Positions 62,777 to 64,000 of a DNA stretch of 64,000 bases are shown here, one piece after another. The notes under the pieces were generated by a model that was not told where the DNA came from, ran no database searches, and saw only the letters and a list, made by a program, of their open reading frames with translations. The position numbers and the translations under genes were made by a program. The stretch is from an uncultured Verrucomicrobiae bacterium. Lineage in GTDB: Bacteria > Verrucomicrobiota > Verrucomicrobiia > Limisphaerales > AAA164-E04. The stretch is from positions 201,060 through 265,059 of the forward strand of contig OX638380.1 in NCBI GenBank assembly GCA_951813855.1. Direction: 5' to 3'. Position 1 is the stretch's first letter. Each line of letters starts with the position of its first letter.

Positions 62777-64000
62777 CTAGGCGAGCAGGGGTTTGACGAC
62801 TCGACCGCCGACGTCCGTCAAGCGATAGTCACGACCTTGGAACTTGAAGGTCAACGCCTCGTGATCGATCCCCATCAGGAATTGAATCGTGGCGTGAAAA
62901 TCGTGAACGTTCACCGGATCACGAACGATATTATAACTGTAATCGTCGGTTTGACCGTAACTGACGCCGGGCTTGATTCCTCCGCCGGCCATCCAGACCG
63001 TGAAACAACGTGGATGATGATCGCGCCCGTAACTCTTGGGTCCCAGATCGCCTTGGCAATAAACGGTTCGACCGAATTCTCCGCCCCAGATGATCAGAGT
63101 TTCATCCAACAGCCCTCGTTGCTTCAGATCCTTGATCAGTGCCGTCGTAGCAAGGTCGGTATCCTGGCAGCGGGCACGCAATTGATTCGGCAAATTACCA
63201 TGAGTGTCCCAGCCGCGATGAAACAGTTGGATAAATCTCACGCCCCGTTCGCTCAACCGCCGAGCCAACAAGACATTGTAAGCGTAGGTTCCCGGTTTCC
63301 GGGCGTCCTCGCCGTATAACGCAAAGGTGCTTTCCGGTTCGGAGGACAGATCCGTCAATTCCGGAACGGACATCTGCATGCGGTAAGCCATTTCGTATTG
63401 GGTGATCCGGGCCTGAATTTCGGGATCGGCCAATTCCTGGTACCGAAGCGAATTCAAGGCCTTGATATCGCGCAAAGTGTGTTGCCGAATGTCCGGGGCG
63501 ATACCCTCGGGGTTGTTCAGATAGAGCACCGGCGGCCCTTGAGAACGAAACCGTACGCCCTGATGTTCCGAAGGCAAAAACCCCGCGCCCCACAACCGGT
63601 CGTATAACGGCTGGCCCCCCTTCCCGGAAATCATAGCCACAAAGGCCGGCAAATACTGGTTTTCGCTGCCGAGTCCATAACTGGCCCAGGCTCCGATGCT
63701 GGGACGTCCGGCAAGATGAAACCCAGTCTGAAGAAACGTGATGGCGGGATCGTGATTGATTGCTTCGGTATGCAACGACTTGACGATGCAAAGCTCGTCG
63801 GCGACCGAAGGCAAATGTTGGAAAACTTCCGAGAGCCTGTGGCCGCTTTGCCCATACTGCGGAAACCGAAAAATCGAACGGGCGGCAGGAAACGAAGCCT
63901 GACCGGAGGTCATGCCTGTCAACCGTTGCCCTTTGAACACCGATTCAGGAACTTCTTGGCCATGAACTCGGTTCAGATGGGGTTTGTAATCGTACAAATC
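62777..64000 (-). CDS. DUF1501 family protein, 5'-partial at window edge
   Basis: TEAINHDPA, RPSIGAW, LLARRLSERGVRFIQ, WGGEFGRT, GRDHHP, RLTDVGG. Confidence 0.93.
   Translation of the reverse strand, partial: DLYDYKPHLNRVHGQEVPESVFKGQRLTGMTSGQASFPAARSIFRFPQYGQSGHRLSEVFQHLPSVADELCIVKSLHTEAINHDPAITFLQTGFHLAGRPSIGAWASYGLGSENQYLPAFVAMISGKGGQPLYDRLWGAGFLPSEHQGVRFRSQGPPVLYLNNPEGIAPDIRQHTLRDIKALNSLRYQELADPEIQARITQYEMAYRMQMSVPELTDLSSEPESTFALYGEDARKPGTYAYNVLLARRLSERGVRFIQLFHRGWDTHGNLPNQLRARCQDTDLATTALIKDLKQRGLLDETLIIWGGEFGRTVYCQGDLGPKSYGRDHHPRCFTVWMAGGGIKPGVSYGQTDDYSYNIVRDPVNVHDFHATIQFLMGIDHEALTFKFQGRDYRLTDVGGRVVKPLLA

Overview
A GC-rich (about 55-60% by spot counts) bacterial window whose core genes suggest a PVC-superphylum host, probably Verrucomicrobiota. 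This is an inference from the PSCyt/PSD1 + DUF1501 genes, ThuA, DUF1080, sulfatase and RNase HIII. The window has three zones. (1) 0.5-13.8 kb is a decaying defence locus: a type I R-M system with apparently intact hsdR, hsdM truncated by an ISAs1 element and no hsdS. It carries two diverged XRE-HTH/ImmA-IrrE peptidase + DUF4411 (PIN) cassettes, one intact and one dead. (2) 14-31.7 kb is an intact housekeeping and carbohydrate block (galM, suhB-like, nanA-like, a protease/pseudo-protease pair, mutY, rnhC, mnmA, tRNA-Arg(ACG), sulfatase). (3) 32-62.7 kb is an IS graveyard with ISNCY/IS5-like, IS66, IS256, IS21, ISAs1 and two unclassified elements, many nested. It is bracketed by fragments of a second type I R-M system. 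It also holds an intact tandem array of three very AT-rich ABC-2-permease-like membrane genes in which a ~60-aa transmembrane hairpin is present 1, 5 and 4 times. The best candidates for undescribed biology are the permease array, the peptidase-PIN cassette inside the R-M operon, and the ISAs1 transposase fused to a DUF4338 (DruA/Mom-like) domain. No CRISPR array, rRNA or reverse transcriptase was seen. All family calls come from motif recognition, not database searches.
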